Notes under the pieces: generated by a model
Told to the model about the DNA's origin: nothing
Seen by the model: only the letters and a program-made list of their open reading frames with translations
Database searches by the model: none
IMG/VR virus record: IMGVR_UViG_3300027733_000032
Reading direction: 5' to 3' (one strand)
DNA length: 64,000 nucleotides
Origin: a virus
Made by a program: the position numbers and the translations under genes
In this document: piece after piece, positions 44,567 through 53,241 of the stretch
How the letters are laid out: every line of letters starts with the position of its first letter
How positions within the stretch are numbered: the first letter of the stretch is position 1

Positions 44567-46498
44567 CTACTTGATTGGGCAGGCACCAGTAGCGCAATCA
44601 TCCAATTCAACCAAACCATCAAATGCTGGACGATGTAGGGGAACGGAGAAATCAATCCTGCTCAGCGACTTCTCATAGGCCTCTTTGGTGCATTCTTCAT
44701 ATGGTGGCAATGGGAAGTTGTGGTCCGTATGAAGAAGGAATGAAACCGACTTCACAGAATTGTCGTAATTCTTTGAGAGCCACTCTTTGATTTCCGAAAG
44801 TTCTTCCTTGCGATAATACACGGTCACCGAAACAGCATTGTCTGCCCATTCGGTCTGCATTTTCTTGACCCACTCAAGTTGAGCCACCGCAGTCATGCTG
44901 CTTGCCAGCACAGAGCCCTCAGGGGACTCACAGGGGAATTCAACAACAAAGCGAGTGTGGTCTTCACGACCATCGATTCCAACGTCGTAGCAGACCTTGT
45001 AGCCGCGCTTGCGGCAAGCCTCAACCAATGGGTCAGATGAACCAAAGCGGACGCGACGAATATAATACGGCGCGAATGCTGGGTGAATCCCTGGCGTGAC
45101 GCCAGGAAGCAATGAAAGCGTCCCTGAGGGCTGTACGGTTGTCAGACGAACCGAGACGGGCAATCCATTCTCTTTTGAATACTGAGCGTCAAGCGCCTCT
45201 AGGTAGTCGTATGCATCGGCCAACCACGAAATTTTATCCTCTGAGCACTGAAGGATTCCCGTAATAGACTGGCCTAGACGAGCATTCTTTTGGACAATTT
45301 TGGTCGTCTTCTCGTATGGGTAGTTCATGCGAGTAATTTGCTTTTGAGTTTTGTATAGCAAATATGAGATGTCCTTAAATTGTTCTGAAGAAGCAATATT
45401 TGGGAGGAAAATCGTTGAGAGGTTGCATGATTCACCATCACCTAGTGCAATTTCAGCACAAGGATTAAATCCTTCAATGGTCGGGTCAGCCTTGAGTTGT
45501 CCTACGCGACCGAACTTGCGGGCAAGTTTGCGATTAACTAGGCCATAGGGCTCTCCGGTGCCGTCATAACCCTTCCATAGTTCTGCAGCAATCTCGTCAT
45601 AGCCATCTGCGTAGATGCTGTTATTACTGTTTGCTCGCCATGCGGGAACATTTCCGGAACCCCAGTTCTTTGCACGGAGAAACAGCACGTCATCAGGGTC
45701 ACCGATGGCGATTTGCGCCGAACGACGCGACGAACCCGACACAACGATACGACCAATGATGTTGCAAATGTCCAAAACGTCAATGGAGCGAAGTTTCTTG
45801 CCAACACGATTTTCAAGGACTTTACAAATGTCCGAGATGCCATCAATGAGAGCACCAGGGCCCGATGCAGTCCCACCGAACTTCTTCAGTGGGGCGCCGT
45901 ATTCGCGAACAAGAATCGTCGAATACGTAAATGAACGACCTGTTTCAAAATATGACTTCAGCACTGAATGAAGTAGGCGACGCCATCCTTGACGACTATC
46001 GGGAACGATAATGTCTGCATCATTAGTACGTTCGTGACTAATCGTGATTCCGCCCTTAACTTTGGGCAAATCATGAATCTTTGAGCGTTCAACAGAGAAG
46101 CCGACTCCGCCACCAAGCATGAGGTAATCGAAAAGAAGTTCAAAGTCTTCAATCTTCTCGATGTTGGTGAAGTAACAGTTATTGAGACTCGTGCCTGAGA
46201 ATTCTTTTGTCAAGGTTGTCCCAAGTTGCCACAATGAGCGACCCGCAAATGAACAACGAAGGTTGAACATGTGGTCAAAAAGACGTTCTGCTTCTTCCTG
46301 AGTATATGGAACGCCAATATCAATAGCGCCGTTAATGACTCGTTGAAGTGTTTCTACCCAAGTTTCCGTATCTCCATTATCTTTTTTGCGACTATAAGTA
46401 CGCAGAAAAACGATTTCCCCCATTCCGTTAAATCCCCATGGTGGTGTTTGCTCTGAGTAATTACGTACAAATTCATCGGAAATCCGGGTCATAGCCAT
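44567..46498 (-). CDS. nrdJ: Class II (adenosylcobalamin-dependent) ribonucleotide reductase, monomeric RTPR type
   Basis: GFNPCAEI catalytic motif, GESCNL, TTVQPSGT, C-terminal CATGACPIK; no small subunit nearby. Confidence 0.9.
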   Translation of the reverse strand: MAMTRISDEFVRNYSEQTPPWGFNGMGEIVFLRTYSRKKDNGDTETWVETLQRVINGAIDIGVPYTQEEAERLFDHMFNLRCSFAGRSLWQLGTTLTKEFSGTSLNNCYFTNIEKIEDFELLFDYLMLGGGVGFSVERSKIHDLPKVKGGITISHERTNDADIIVPDSRQGWRRLLHSVLKSYFETGRSFTYSTILVREYGAPLKKFGGTASGPGALIDGISDICKVLENRVGKKLRSIDVLDICNIIGRIVVSGSSRRSAQIAIGDPDDVLFLRAKNWGSGNVPAWRANSNNSIYADGYDEIAAELWKGYDGTGEPYGLVNRKLARKFGRVGQLKADPTIEGFNPCAEIALGDGESCNLSTIFLPNIASSEQFKDISYLLYKTQKQITRMNYPYEKTTKIVQKNARLGQSITGILQCSEDKISWLADAYDYLEALDAQYSKENGLPVSVRLTTVQPSGTLSLLPGVTPGIHPAFAPYYIRRVRFGSSDPLVEACRKRGYKVCYDVGIDGREDHTRFVVEFPCESPEGSVLASSMTAVAQLEWVKKMQTEWADNAVSVTVYYRKEELSEIKEWLSKNYDNSVKSVSFLLHTDHNFPLPPYEECTKEAYEKSLSRIDFSVPLHRPAFDGLVELDDCATGACPIK

Positions 46499-46563
46499 AT
46501 CTTTCTAGTTGGTTGAGGCAGGTGGAAAGAAGATTGTAGACGACGCGAAAATAAAGAAAGTGT

Positions 46564-46875
46564 CTACAGTAGACCTAATCTTTTTGCTTCGTCTTGCGAA
46601 ATATTTTCGCCCTTCTTGTATACCAGAACTCGCGCCTTCGTGTATGGCGTTATCGGCTTTTCTTCCCAAATATCTTCTTCAACGAACACAGTTATCCCGC
46701 CTCCGCCAGATGAAGATGCATCAAATCCAATAATATGCTTAGGCGGTGTGCCGTCGGTACAATCGCCGGTTGGATGACCGCACACAGGACAAGCCTGTCG
46801 GTCGGCTCTTGAAATTCTAATACCGTCAATACCCGAGTTGCTAATTCCATGATATTCAGAAAAATAAAGGTCCAT
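46564..46875 (-). CDS. Hypothetical protein with CPVCGHPTGDC Zn motif
   Basis: ORF track; TACGAT 6 nt upstream of ATG. Confidence 0.6.
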   Translation of the reverse strand: MDLYFSEYHGISNSGIDGIRISRADRQACPVCGHPTGDCTDGTPPKHIIGFDASSSGGGGITVFVEEDIWEEKPITPYTKARVLVYKKGENISQDEAKRLGLL

Positions 46876-46893
46876 TGACCAATCGTACCAGAG

Positions 46894-46969
46894 TGCCCCT
46901 GGCGGGATTTGAACCCGCGTGTCACCCCTACGGTTTCTACGCTTTATAAGAGCGGGCCGATACAGGGGC
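46894..46969 (-). tRNA. Atypical tRNA-like RNA: UAU anticodon loop, no D-arm, enlarged variable arm
   Basis: GCCCCTG/CAGGGGC acceptor stem + A discriminator; T-arm GCGGG-TTCAAAT-CCCGC; CGCT-CTTATAA-AGCG anticodon arm; CCA not encoded. Confidence 0.7.
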
Positions 46970-46975
46970 CTGTTC

Positions 46976-47608
46976 TTAAAATTCTTCTACATTAAATCCA
47001 TCCAGATGCATGGCATGAATCATTGCATCCATCTCCTCGTCGGAGTATTCGTTCATTGGGGCGAGACTCAGGGCCTCCCTTAACATTTTAGGAACTGGGG
47101 CAGTCCTCATGATTTCGTCAAGATTTCTCGTATATCCAGTAGTTTCGCCCCATTCAATGGAGCGCCCTATCTCGTAAGAGTAAGGGACGGTGGCGATTGT
47201 GGTCTGAGTCTCCCCTGTAACTTCATTAATTTCGCAATGCGTCACGGTAATACACTCCTTGACTATATTTTTGCCATCTGCAAATGCTTTACGTAAATCT
47301 GCGCCGTTGAGACGTGTCTTGTCAAATGTTTCAAAACCTTCGGCCACTAGCGATATCGCGTCCACCGCCCACGCCACCCTAATGGCATTGCACATTGCCT
47401 GGCATCGAGGGATTCTCTCAAGAACCGGCACGCGCATGTATTCGTTGCGCAACTGAGCAACCATGGATAGTCGACCTTCGCGCCATCCAAAAAAATTGAA
47501 TGCCAAATCCTCCCCTAATCCATATTCTTCAACCATTAAATCTTTTGCCACTTGGGCACTTGTAATGGTAAGAGCAATTTTGCTCATGTCATCAGGGTAT
47601 TCTTCCAT
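46976..47608 (-). CDS. Hypothetical protein
   Basis: ORF track; TAGTTT 6 nt upstream of ATG. Confidence 0.6.
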   Translation of the reverse strand: MEEYPDDMSKIALTITSAQVAKDLMVEEYGLGEDLAFNFFGWREGRLSMVAQLRNEYMRVPVLERIPRCQAMCNAIRVAWAVDAISLVAEGFETFDKTRLNGADLRKAFADGKNIVKECITVTHCEINEVTGETQTTIATVPYSYEIGRSIEWGETTGYTRNLDEIMRTAPVPKMLREALSLAPMNEYSDEEMDAMIHAMHLDGFNVEEF

Positions 47609-47656
47609 CTCGCAAAACTAATCGATGCAATAGTTCCGCCGTTGCAACTACGGCGT

Positions 47657-47665
47657 TGCTATCAT
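47657..47665 (+). promoter_or_regulatory. Extended -10 element TGCTATCAT (leaderless) driving the plus-strand island
   Basis: TGn-TAnnnT 7 nt upstream of ATG 47673; no SD. Confidence 0.5.
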
Positions 47666-47672
47666 TCCAAAT

Positions 47673-48068
47673 ATGAGCAACAAAAACACCCCCAACAAAA
47701 AGACATCAACCACAAAGGTTGCTGCCAAAAAGAAGACTACCCAGAAGAAGGTTGCACAAAAGAAGGCAGCCCCCGTGAAGTCCGTAGCCAAAAAGGCTGC
47801 AGCAGCACAGGCAAATTCTTCATCGGCGGCCCCAGTGAAGAAGAAGGCTGGCCGACCACCGAAGTCTATAGTGCCAAAGGCTGCCTCTACTCTTGTAGTG
47901 CCAACCGGCGTCGAACTCCCGTCGGCAACCTCAACCACCGCTGCGACTGGTTCAGTTGCAGATTCGGTAGTGATGAGCCTGTCGTGGCAAAAGGCGGCTG
48001 CCAAGCCAACTAAATCGCAACGATTCAAGAACTTCTTCCGTCTATCGGGCCGCAAGAACAAATCCTGA
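47673..48068 (+). CDS. Histone H1-like Lys/Ala-rich basic protein
   Basis: KVAAKKKTTQKKVAQKKAAPVKSVAKKAAA, KKKAGRPPK (AT-hook-like GRP). Confidence 0.65.
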   Translation: MSNKNTPNKKTSTTKVAAKKKTTQKKVAQKKAAPVKSVAKKAAAAQANSSSAAPVKKKAGRPPKSIVPKAASTLVVPTGVELPSATSTTAATGSVADSVVMSLSWQKAAAKPTKSQRFKNFFRLSGRKNKS

Positions 48069-48133
48069 AGAAAAAGCAAACCAACTAGTGAATGGCTAAT
48101 TTGGGCTATCATTTAGTCCAGGAGGTATGCTTT

Positions 48134-48313
48134 ATGAAGAAGAAAATTGATGCCATTAGTGAGGCTGCAGCAATCATAGGTGCCGACCCCTCAACATTAA
48201 ATGAGGAACAAGCGCAGAAAATACTGCGCTCAATGGTTATGTCAAACGAAAGTATACGTATTCGTAAGGCAAAGAACAATATTGGGAAAATCAAGGACAA
48301 GGGCAATGAGTGA
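48134..48313 (+). CDS. Hypothetical protein
   Basis: SD GGAGG upstream; MKKKIDA start. Confidence 0.55.
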   Translation: MKKKIDAISEAAAIIGADPSTLNEEQAQKILRSMVMSNESIRIRKAKNNIGKIKDKGNE

Positions 48314-48578
48314 GTTAGTTTCGCGCGTACACAAGTTAAGTGATGAAATTATTTACCTCAAAGAGCGAGTTCTTGAAGAGCAACGCAAATATGTGGACGA
48401 AGTGGACCACTCCGACCAACTTGCTCATTTCTTGACCATACTGCACGACGGCAAAAAATGTATTTCATTTTGTTCTTTTTGCGACATTATTCGAACTCAC
48501 GAAACAAGACGCATGGCGGACGCCGTTGACTCATCTGCGCCAAACTCAACATCAACACAAATAGTCGTCAACCCGTAG
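48306..48578 (+). CDS. Hypothetical protein
   Basis: MSELVSRVHK start overlaps the previous stop. Confidence 0.55.
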   Translation: MSELVSRVHKLSDEIIYLKERVLEEQRKYVDEVDHSDQLAHFLTILHDGKKCISFCSFCDIIRTHETRRMADAVDSSAPNSTSTQIVVNP

Positions 48579-48584
48579 GAAGCG

Positions 48585-48929
48585 ATGCATCTCAGTACGC
48601 TAGAGGACTATATTGCCGAATTGGCCAATCATTCCCTAGAAGGAACAAGCGAATTCCAGTCTAACGACGAGATAGTTCGGCGATTAATGGACATTCTTAT
48701 TGTTGAAGAGTCACGAATTCCTGATTTCATCATAAATGGCGACCACTTTTATGATTATGATACGGAATCGGATAATGAAGATTTCTTTGTCCCAGCAATA
48801 AAAGAAGATTTTTTGCAAATGGAGAAAATTATGAAAAAAATAATTTGGGTGATGATGACTACTTTTGTCGGCATTGCATGTTTTCTCTATGGTTTTTTTA
48901 GCGCGCCACAGAAGGTTATTAAAAAATGA
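48585..48929 (+). CDS. Hypothetical protein with C-terminal transmembrane segment
   Basis: IIWVMMTTFVGIACFLYGFF. Confidence 0.55.
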   Translation: MHLSTLEDYIAELANHSLEGTSEFQSNDEIVRRLMDILIVEESRIPDFIINGDHFYDYDTESDNEDFFVPAIKEDFLQMEKIMKKIIWVMMTTFVGIACFLYGFFSAPQKVIKK

Positions 48930-49255
48930 TTGCTAATACAGAACCAGAACCACTAATTGTTCTTGCTTTGGGACAAAAAAAGCCACAGCCAGTAATCAGT
49001 TGCTCCTACCAAGGAATTGAATTCACACATAACGGTGGCAGGTGGGGCGCAAGGCGTGAGTATGACACCGAGACAATCTCATTGTTTACTATCAAAGAGT
49101 ACGAAGGAAGCAACACTCGCACCCACTCGCTTGTTGCGGTCATTCCATCAGGACATCCGCTATTGGGGAATTTCGACTCTTACTCGGAGTTCTCGGCAAT
49201 CGTGAAGTATCTAATCGAGCACTATTCTGTAGAAAAGTATATTGAGGCATCGTGA
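48926..49255 (+). CDS. Hypothetical protein
   Basis: ATGA overlap with previous gene. Confidence 0.5.
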   Translation: MIANTEPEPLIVLALGQKKPQPVISCSYQGIEFTHNGGRWGARREYDTETISLFTIKEYEGSNTRTHSLVAVIPSGHPLLGNFDSYSEFSAIVKYLIEHYSVEKYIEAS

Positions 49256-49470
49256 ATAACGAAGAATTGTTTGAAGAAAACGAATTCATTGACCTAGACA
49301 ACCCCAATAACGCCCCAGTTCATTTTGCTATGGAACGCTGGAATATTTGCATGTCGTGCGACAGGCTTTTAAAAGTTACTCGCCAATGCAAAGAGTGTGG
49401 ATGCTTTATGAAGGTTAAGGTCAGACTCAAGAACTCATCGTGCCCATTGGGCAAATGGGGACAAGCCTAA
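49252..49470 (+). CDS. Small Cys-rich (Zn-binding) phage protein
   Basis: RWNICMSC...QCKECGCFM..K.....SCPLGKW. Confidence 0.7.
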   Translation: MNNEELFEENEFIDLDNPNNAPVHFAMERWNICMSCDRLLKVTRQCKECGCFMKVKVRLKNSSCPLGKWGQA

Positions 49471-49473
49471 TTC

Positions 49474-50277
49474 TCAGCACTCTGAGTGTGCATCTATAAA
49501 GGAAATCAATTTCCCTGCAGTTGTATCTCCGTCGTATGCTGATTCATTTCTAAGCCACTTGATAAAGTCGTACCAACGGCGCTGCTGCTCTGGTTCATCA
49601 AAGACAATGGTGTATTGAACAACCGCCTTGGGAGCATTAGGTACTTGCATCTGATTGGTTACAAGTCCGCTACCACGCACGGCGACGTCGTCGTGTGAGA
49701 CGTTTGAAGGGGCAACAATCTGTCGCTCACCTTCATCGTCCTCTCTTACTAAAGAAGAAAGAATGTGGGCCCCAATGTCCGCAATAGGTTGAATTACAGG
49801 GGTCATATATTCGGAGCGTGATGCTTGTTCTGGCATACGTTCCTGTTCGTACATATTCTCTTCCATGGATGCAATTTCAAAATCGTCCCAACCGAGGCCA
49901 TCGAGAAGTTCTGAATAATCCTCAACGATTTCACCAAGAAGGTCGGTAATAAGAGCGGAGTCAGAGCGACCAAGTTCAGATGTTCTGTTGTCTGCCAACG
50001 CAAACGCAACAGCCCTAGAGTCATCGGCGTCATATTGGATTGCGGCAATATGGGTCCAACCCAATTTCTTAGCCGCCATGACCTGATGGTTCCCAGCAAT
50101 GATTGTGGAGGTTCCATCGTCATTGGGTCTGACGACAATCGGTCGTAACTGTCCGAACTCTGCATATGAGGCCATAATTGCATTGACATTTCCGGTTCTT
50201 GGGTTTCCACTGAGATGTTCCAAGGTCGTTATGTCCACAGCAAAATCTTCTAAGGATTTATCAATTTTATGATTCAT
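49474..50277 (-). CDS. ParB-N-terminal-domain protein
   Basis: NPRTGNVNAIMASYAEFGQLRPIVV...IIAGNHQVMAAKKLGW...ALADNRT. Confidence 0.85.
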   Translation of the reverse strand: MNHKIDKSLEDFAVDITTLEHLSGNPRTGNVNAIMASYAEFGQLRPIVVRPNDDGTSTIIAGNHQVMAAKKLGWTHIAAIQYDADDSRAVAFALADNRTSELGRSDSALITDLLGEIVEDYSELLDGLGWDDFEIASMEENMYEQERMPEQASRSEYMTPVIQPIADIGAHILSSLVREDDEGERQIVAPSNVSHDDVAVRGSGLVTNQMQVPNAPKAVVQYTIVFDEPEQQRRWYDFIKWLRNESAYDGDTTAGKLISFIDAHSEC

Positions 50278-50333
50278 TATTATTCTCCATTTCTCATGAA
50301 CCTAACCACTTTAACTCTAGCAATTTAACGCCA

Positions 50334-50681
50334 TTACGGCCCTACCTGAGCCCTTACGTTTGCATTGAGCGTACGCATTGCATCAATCGACGTACGAAGG
50401 GAGAGGAGTTTTTCACGTTTGGCCTTAACTAGGCTTTCAGAAATCTTATAATCAAAATGTTCGTCAGCAAGTTTATATTCTGCCCAAGCCTCACGTTCTT
50501 TGATTGAACCTTTTGCAGAGAGATATTCTTTCGCCCAGTTCGATTTATACAATGCTTCTTTTTTTGCAGCGTCACCAGCAAGTTTTTCAAATGCTTCAGT
50601 CTCTTCTTCTAGCATGTCGAGGAGGCGGAGCATCTCGTTTTCAATATCAATTTGACTGATTGGTCCATTACGTATTCCCAT
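50334..50681 (-). CDS. Conserved-type helical phage protein adjacent to the resolvase
   Basis: ORF track; overlaps RuvC stop. Confidence 0.6.
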   Translation of the reverse strand: MGIRNGPISQIDIENEMLRLLDMLEEETEAFEKLAGDAAKKEALYKSNWAKEYLSAKGSIKEREAWAEYKLADEHFDYKISESLVKAKREKLLSLRTSIDAMRTLNANVRAQVGP

Positions 50682-51204
50682 GAGGAGCGCCCGTTTCCAT
50701 TATCGGTGACCAATCAACATTCTTCAATGCATCAAGGCTCACTTTTGGCCAATCATAGTGCCCCATACCCAGTGCTGTCCAGCCCATCTCCTCTAGCAAC
50801 CATGCGTCAACCTCGTCATCGGCACCCTTACCAGACCAAACTATCCCAGTTCGTGCAGAGACAGCAGAAATGACTTCAGTCTTTGCGGCGTTCCCTCGCC
50901 CTGTAGCAAACTTTGCTCGACAAGTTGGCGGAACGTCTACGTGAGGGATGCCCAATTCAAACAACATTAGACGAATAACGCCACCCAATTCACCTATTTT
51001 GTGCGACTGTGAATTTCTAGCAGCAAAAGCATAACCCTCAACAACAACGCAAGTTACCTGATTTTCTACAATAATTCTATTAACTTCTTTGCGAATATCG
51101 TAAAGGCGCTGAGATTCTTTGGTCTTGACGGCAATTGAACCTGTTTTATTATTAATTGCCCATCCTGTTGATGTCAAAGATAAATCAAGTCCCAATATAC
51201 TCAC
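50668..51204 (-). CDS. ruvC: RuvC-like Holliday junction resolvase
   Basis: ILGLDLSLTSTG, VVVEGY, IGELGGVI, PPT..KFATG.GNA.K, DDEVDA; likely GTG start at 51204. Confidence 0.85.
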   Translation of the reverse strand: MSILGLDLSLTSTGWAINNKTGSIAVKTKESQRLYDIRKEVNRIIVENQVTCVVVEGYAFAARNSQSHKIGELGGVIRLMLFELGIPHVDVPPTCRAKFATGRGNAAKTEVISAVSARTGIVWSGKGADDEVDAWLLEEMGWTALGMGHYDWPKVSLDALKNVDWSPIMETGAPHGNT

Positions 51205-51253
51205 AGTGAGAGCATAGTGCATATTCTCAATATGAAATGAACGCATAAATAGC

Positions 51254-51284
51254 AAAAACGGCGGAGGATAATCCTCACGCCGTT
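51254..51284 (-). terminator. Intrinsic terminator after the 51341..51697 gene
   Basis: AACGGCG-GAGGAT/ATCCTC-A-CGCCGTT hairpin followed by a T-run on the minus strand. Confidence 0.65.
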
Positions 51285-51340
51285 CTCACTACTACCTTGT
51301 CGGGTTTAGTTCTTGTTTATAAAACTATTGTACATTAATT

Positions 51341-51697
51341 TTAATAGTCAAAATCTACCCATATACCAATAGTCAAATCTTCTCCTGGAATTTCCGTTCC
51401 AACCCTGTCAATATCGACCACGATAATATCGCCTAAGGCAAATTTATTATTAGCCGCCGTTCCCGCAGCCGAAGAATATGCCCCTACCGCTATGGTTGGC
51501 CTGTTTGCTTGGGTGGTAAATACTGTCGTATCCGCGATGTTGATGTCGACAATGATTGTTGCACCAGATGCTGGAGTACCCACTGAGGTGTATACGCCAA
51601 TAATTTTTCCGCTAGCAGGCATTCTTGCCGAGGTGCGTCTTTTTGCTGCGGATAGTTCTCCACCAACACATAGGGTTATTAGTTGTTTGGCCATCAT
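51341..51697 (-). CDS. Putative capsid decoration/structural protein
   Basis: RMPASGKII.V...VGT...GATIIVDIN...TTVF...RPTIA...GDIIVVDID.VG...PG.DL; paralogous to 51786..52424. Confidence 0.5.
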   Translation of the reverse strand: MMAKQLITLCVGGELSAAKRRTSARMPASGKIIGVYTSVGTPASGATIIVDINIADTTVFTTQANRPTIAVGAYSSAAGTAANNKFALGDIIVVDIDRVGTEIPGEDLTIGIWVDFDY

Positions 51698-51731
51698 CTT
51701 TTTTCTTATTTAATAGTTAAGTGATAAAGCA

Positions 51732-51759
51732 GAAAGCGGGAGGTCTCCCTCCCGCTTTC
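51732..51759 (-). terminator. Intrinsic terminator / strong hairpin after the 51786..52424 gene
   Basis: Perfect 12-bp stem GAAAGCGGGAGG / CCTCCCGCTTTC with a 4-nt loop. Confidence 0.7.
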
Positions 51760-51785
51760 ATACAAATTACTGAATTATTTACGAA

Positions 51786-52424
51786 TTAGAAGCGGCCAGC
51801 GTCAAGTCCGCCAACTGCAAGCGTTGTAGACGCTGCTTCCTTGTATCTGATTGCAAGCGTGTAACCAGAACCGGCGACTGTCGAGCCAACTGAATCACAG
51901 TCAAAAGAAAGAACTGCGCCTCTTGGAACGATGACTGGCGAGGTGGTGCAGACGATAGTTCCGCCACTGCTATAGGTACCTGGAGTGCCAACGACGCCAG
52001 TAACAGTGACTGTCGTCGAAGTAACTGCAGAAACCTGCTTGTCGGTAAAGTTGTAAGGCACTGCGCTACCTGCTGAAACAGTGACTCCCGAAACAGTAAC
52101 CTTGTCGCCGACCTTGAAAAGGTGACCAGCGGCAACGGTGTAAACAGCGGTTGGTCCGGCACCATTGACGGCACCGCTGATGGTGCCATTCTTGCGAATG
52201 ACAGCGGCTGTAGCCGGCACGAATGTCGTGGCGGATACGGAAAGACCAGCGGCAAGGATGCTGGTTCCGTCAGATTCAATGTCGAAAGTCGCAGCGGAGC
52301 CAGTGGGGGCGGTGTTTAACTGCAACGTCGCGCTAAGAATTTCTGCGCTGAACGGCATTACGAGTGCAACCTTTTGAGCAGCGGTCAGTGCTGCTGTATC
52401 ATTAAAAACAAATGCTAGCGTCAT
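51786..52424 (-). CDS. Putative capsid decoration protein with inserted FCCH-like module
   Basis: Core paralogous to 51341 ORF; insert ISGAVNGAGPTAVYTVAAGHLFKVGDKVTVSGV... Confidence 0.5.
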   Translation of the reverse strand: MTLAFVFNDTAALTAAQKVALVMPFSAEILSATLQLNTAPTGSAATFDIESDGTSILAAGLSVSATTFVPATAAVIRKNGTISGAVNGAGPTAVYTVAAGHLFKVGDKVTVSGVTVSAGSAVPYNFTDKQVSAVTSTTVTVTGVVGTPGTYSSGGTIVCTTSPVIVPRGAVLSFDCDSVGSTVAGSGYTLAIRYKEAASTTLAVGGLDAGRF

Positions 52425-52611
52425 TATTTTCTCCTACTTTTAAGGGCCCTTTCTGGGCTATTAAAACTTTACTACAAAATGATTGACCGTTAGCAGAAGT
52501 ATTGCATTAATCCCAGGAATGTTTTGCTGGGCTAAGTTTGAATGGTGACGAAAGATGATTCATAATTTTCTAGGAGCAAGTAGGATATAATGAAAATAAA
52601 AGGATGTTCGC

Positions 52612-52908
52612 ATGCCAGGACCACTCGTAGTCAAGCACTCACACGTAACCTTGTCAAACACGACCGCTGCCGCCGCCCTATTTGATGATGGTGATGATGT
52701 GAATTATAGTGTTACTTTTATTGTTCAAAATATTCATGCAACAGCAATAGTGTATATTGGCGGCGCTAGCGTCACATCTTCTAATTATGGCATCAAAATA
52801 GCACCTAACGAAAAAATTGATTTTACAGAAATGCCTCGATACCCTGGTATTTATGCCATCAGTGATACTAATGCATCAAAAATATCAGTAATGCGGATGA
52901 GTAAGTAA
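52612..52908 (+). CDS. Putative small virion beta-sandwich protein
   Basis: IVQNIHATAIVYIGGASVTSSNYGIKI motif; TATAAT upstream. Confidence 0.55.
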   Translation: MPGPLVVKHSHVTLSNTTAAAALFDDGDDVNYSVTFIVQNIHATAIVYIGGASVTSSNYGIKIAPNEKIDFTEMPRYPGIYAISDTNASKISVMRMSK

Positions 52909-52931
52909 TTAAGATTATTTACAAACAGGCA

Positions 52932-53231
52932 CTAAGCCCAAGAATGTTTAGCCAAGCCAAGTTCGAACGCCAAGGCAGGGTGGTTCCCTATCCTCATATG
53001 GCACGAGCGGCACACGCACAATAAATTTGATTCATCAATAATTGAACCGCCCTGGGAGCGCCTAACGAGTTCATGTACATCGACGCTACCCATTCTTACG
53101 TAGGTCGCCTTTTCGTCATGCTTGGCGAAAACAGGACACGCTTGGCAGTATGGGAATTTTTCAAGCATTCGTACAACGACTTTTCTTCGCTCTACATATT
53201 CTGCTTCTTTTTTCTTGCTTCTAAAACGCAT
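52932..53231 (-). CDS. HNH endonuclease-like protein
   Basis: CQAC...VDVHELVRRSQGG...SNLLCVCRSCH; likely start MRFRSKK. Confidence 0.75.
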   Translation of the reverse strand: MRFRSKKKEAEYVERRKVVVRMLEKFPYCQACPVFAKHDEKATYVRMGSVDVHELVRRSQGGSIIDESNLLCVCRSCHMRIGNHPALAFELGLAKHSWA

Positions 53232-53241
53232 AACTGCCTTT

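Noticed and set aside
46894-46969. Interpretation as a standard tRNA-Ile gene or attP site
   Set aside because: There is no D-arm and no integrase in the window, so it is reported as an atypical tRNA-like RNA instead.
47648-48112. 154-aa minus-strand Phe-rich ORF
   Set aside because: Antisense of the Lys-rich histone-like gene, which has the promoter and plausible composition.
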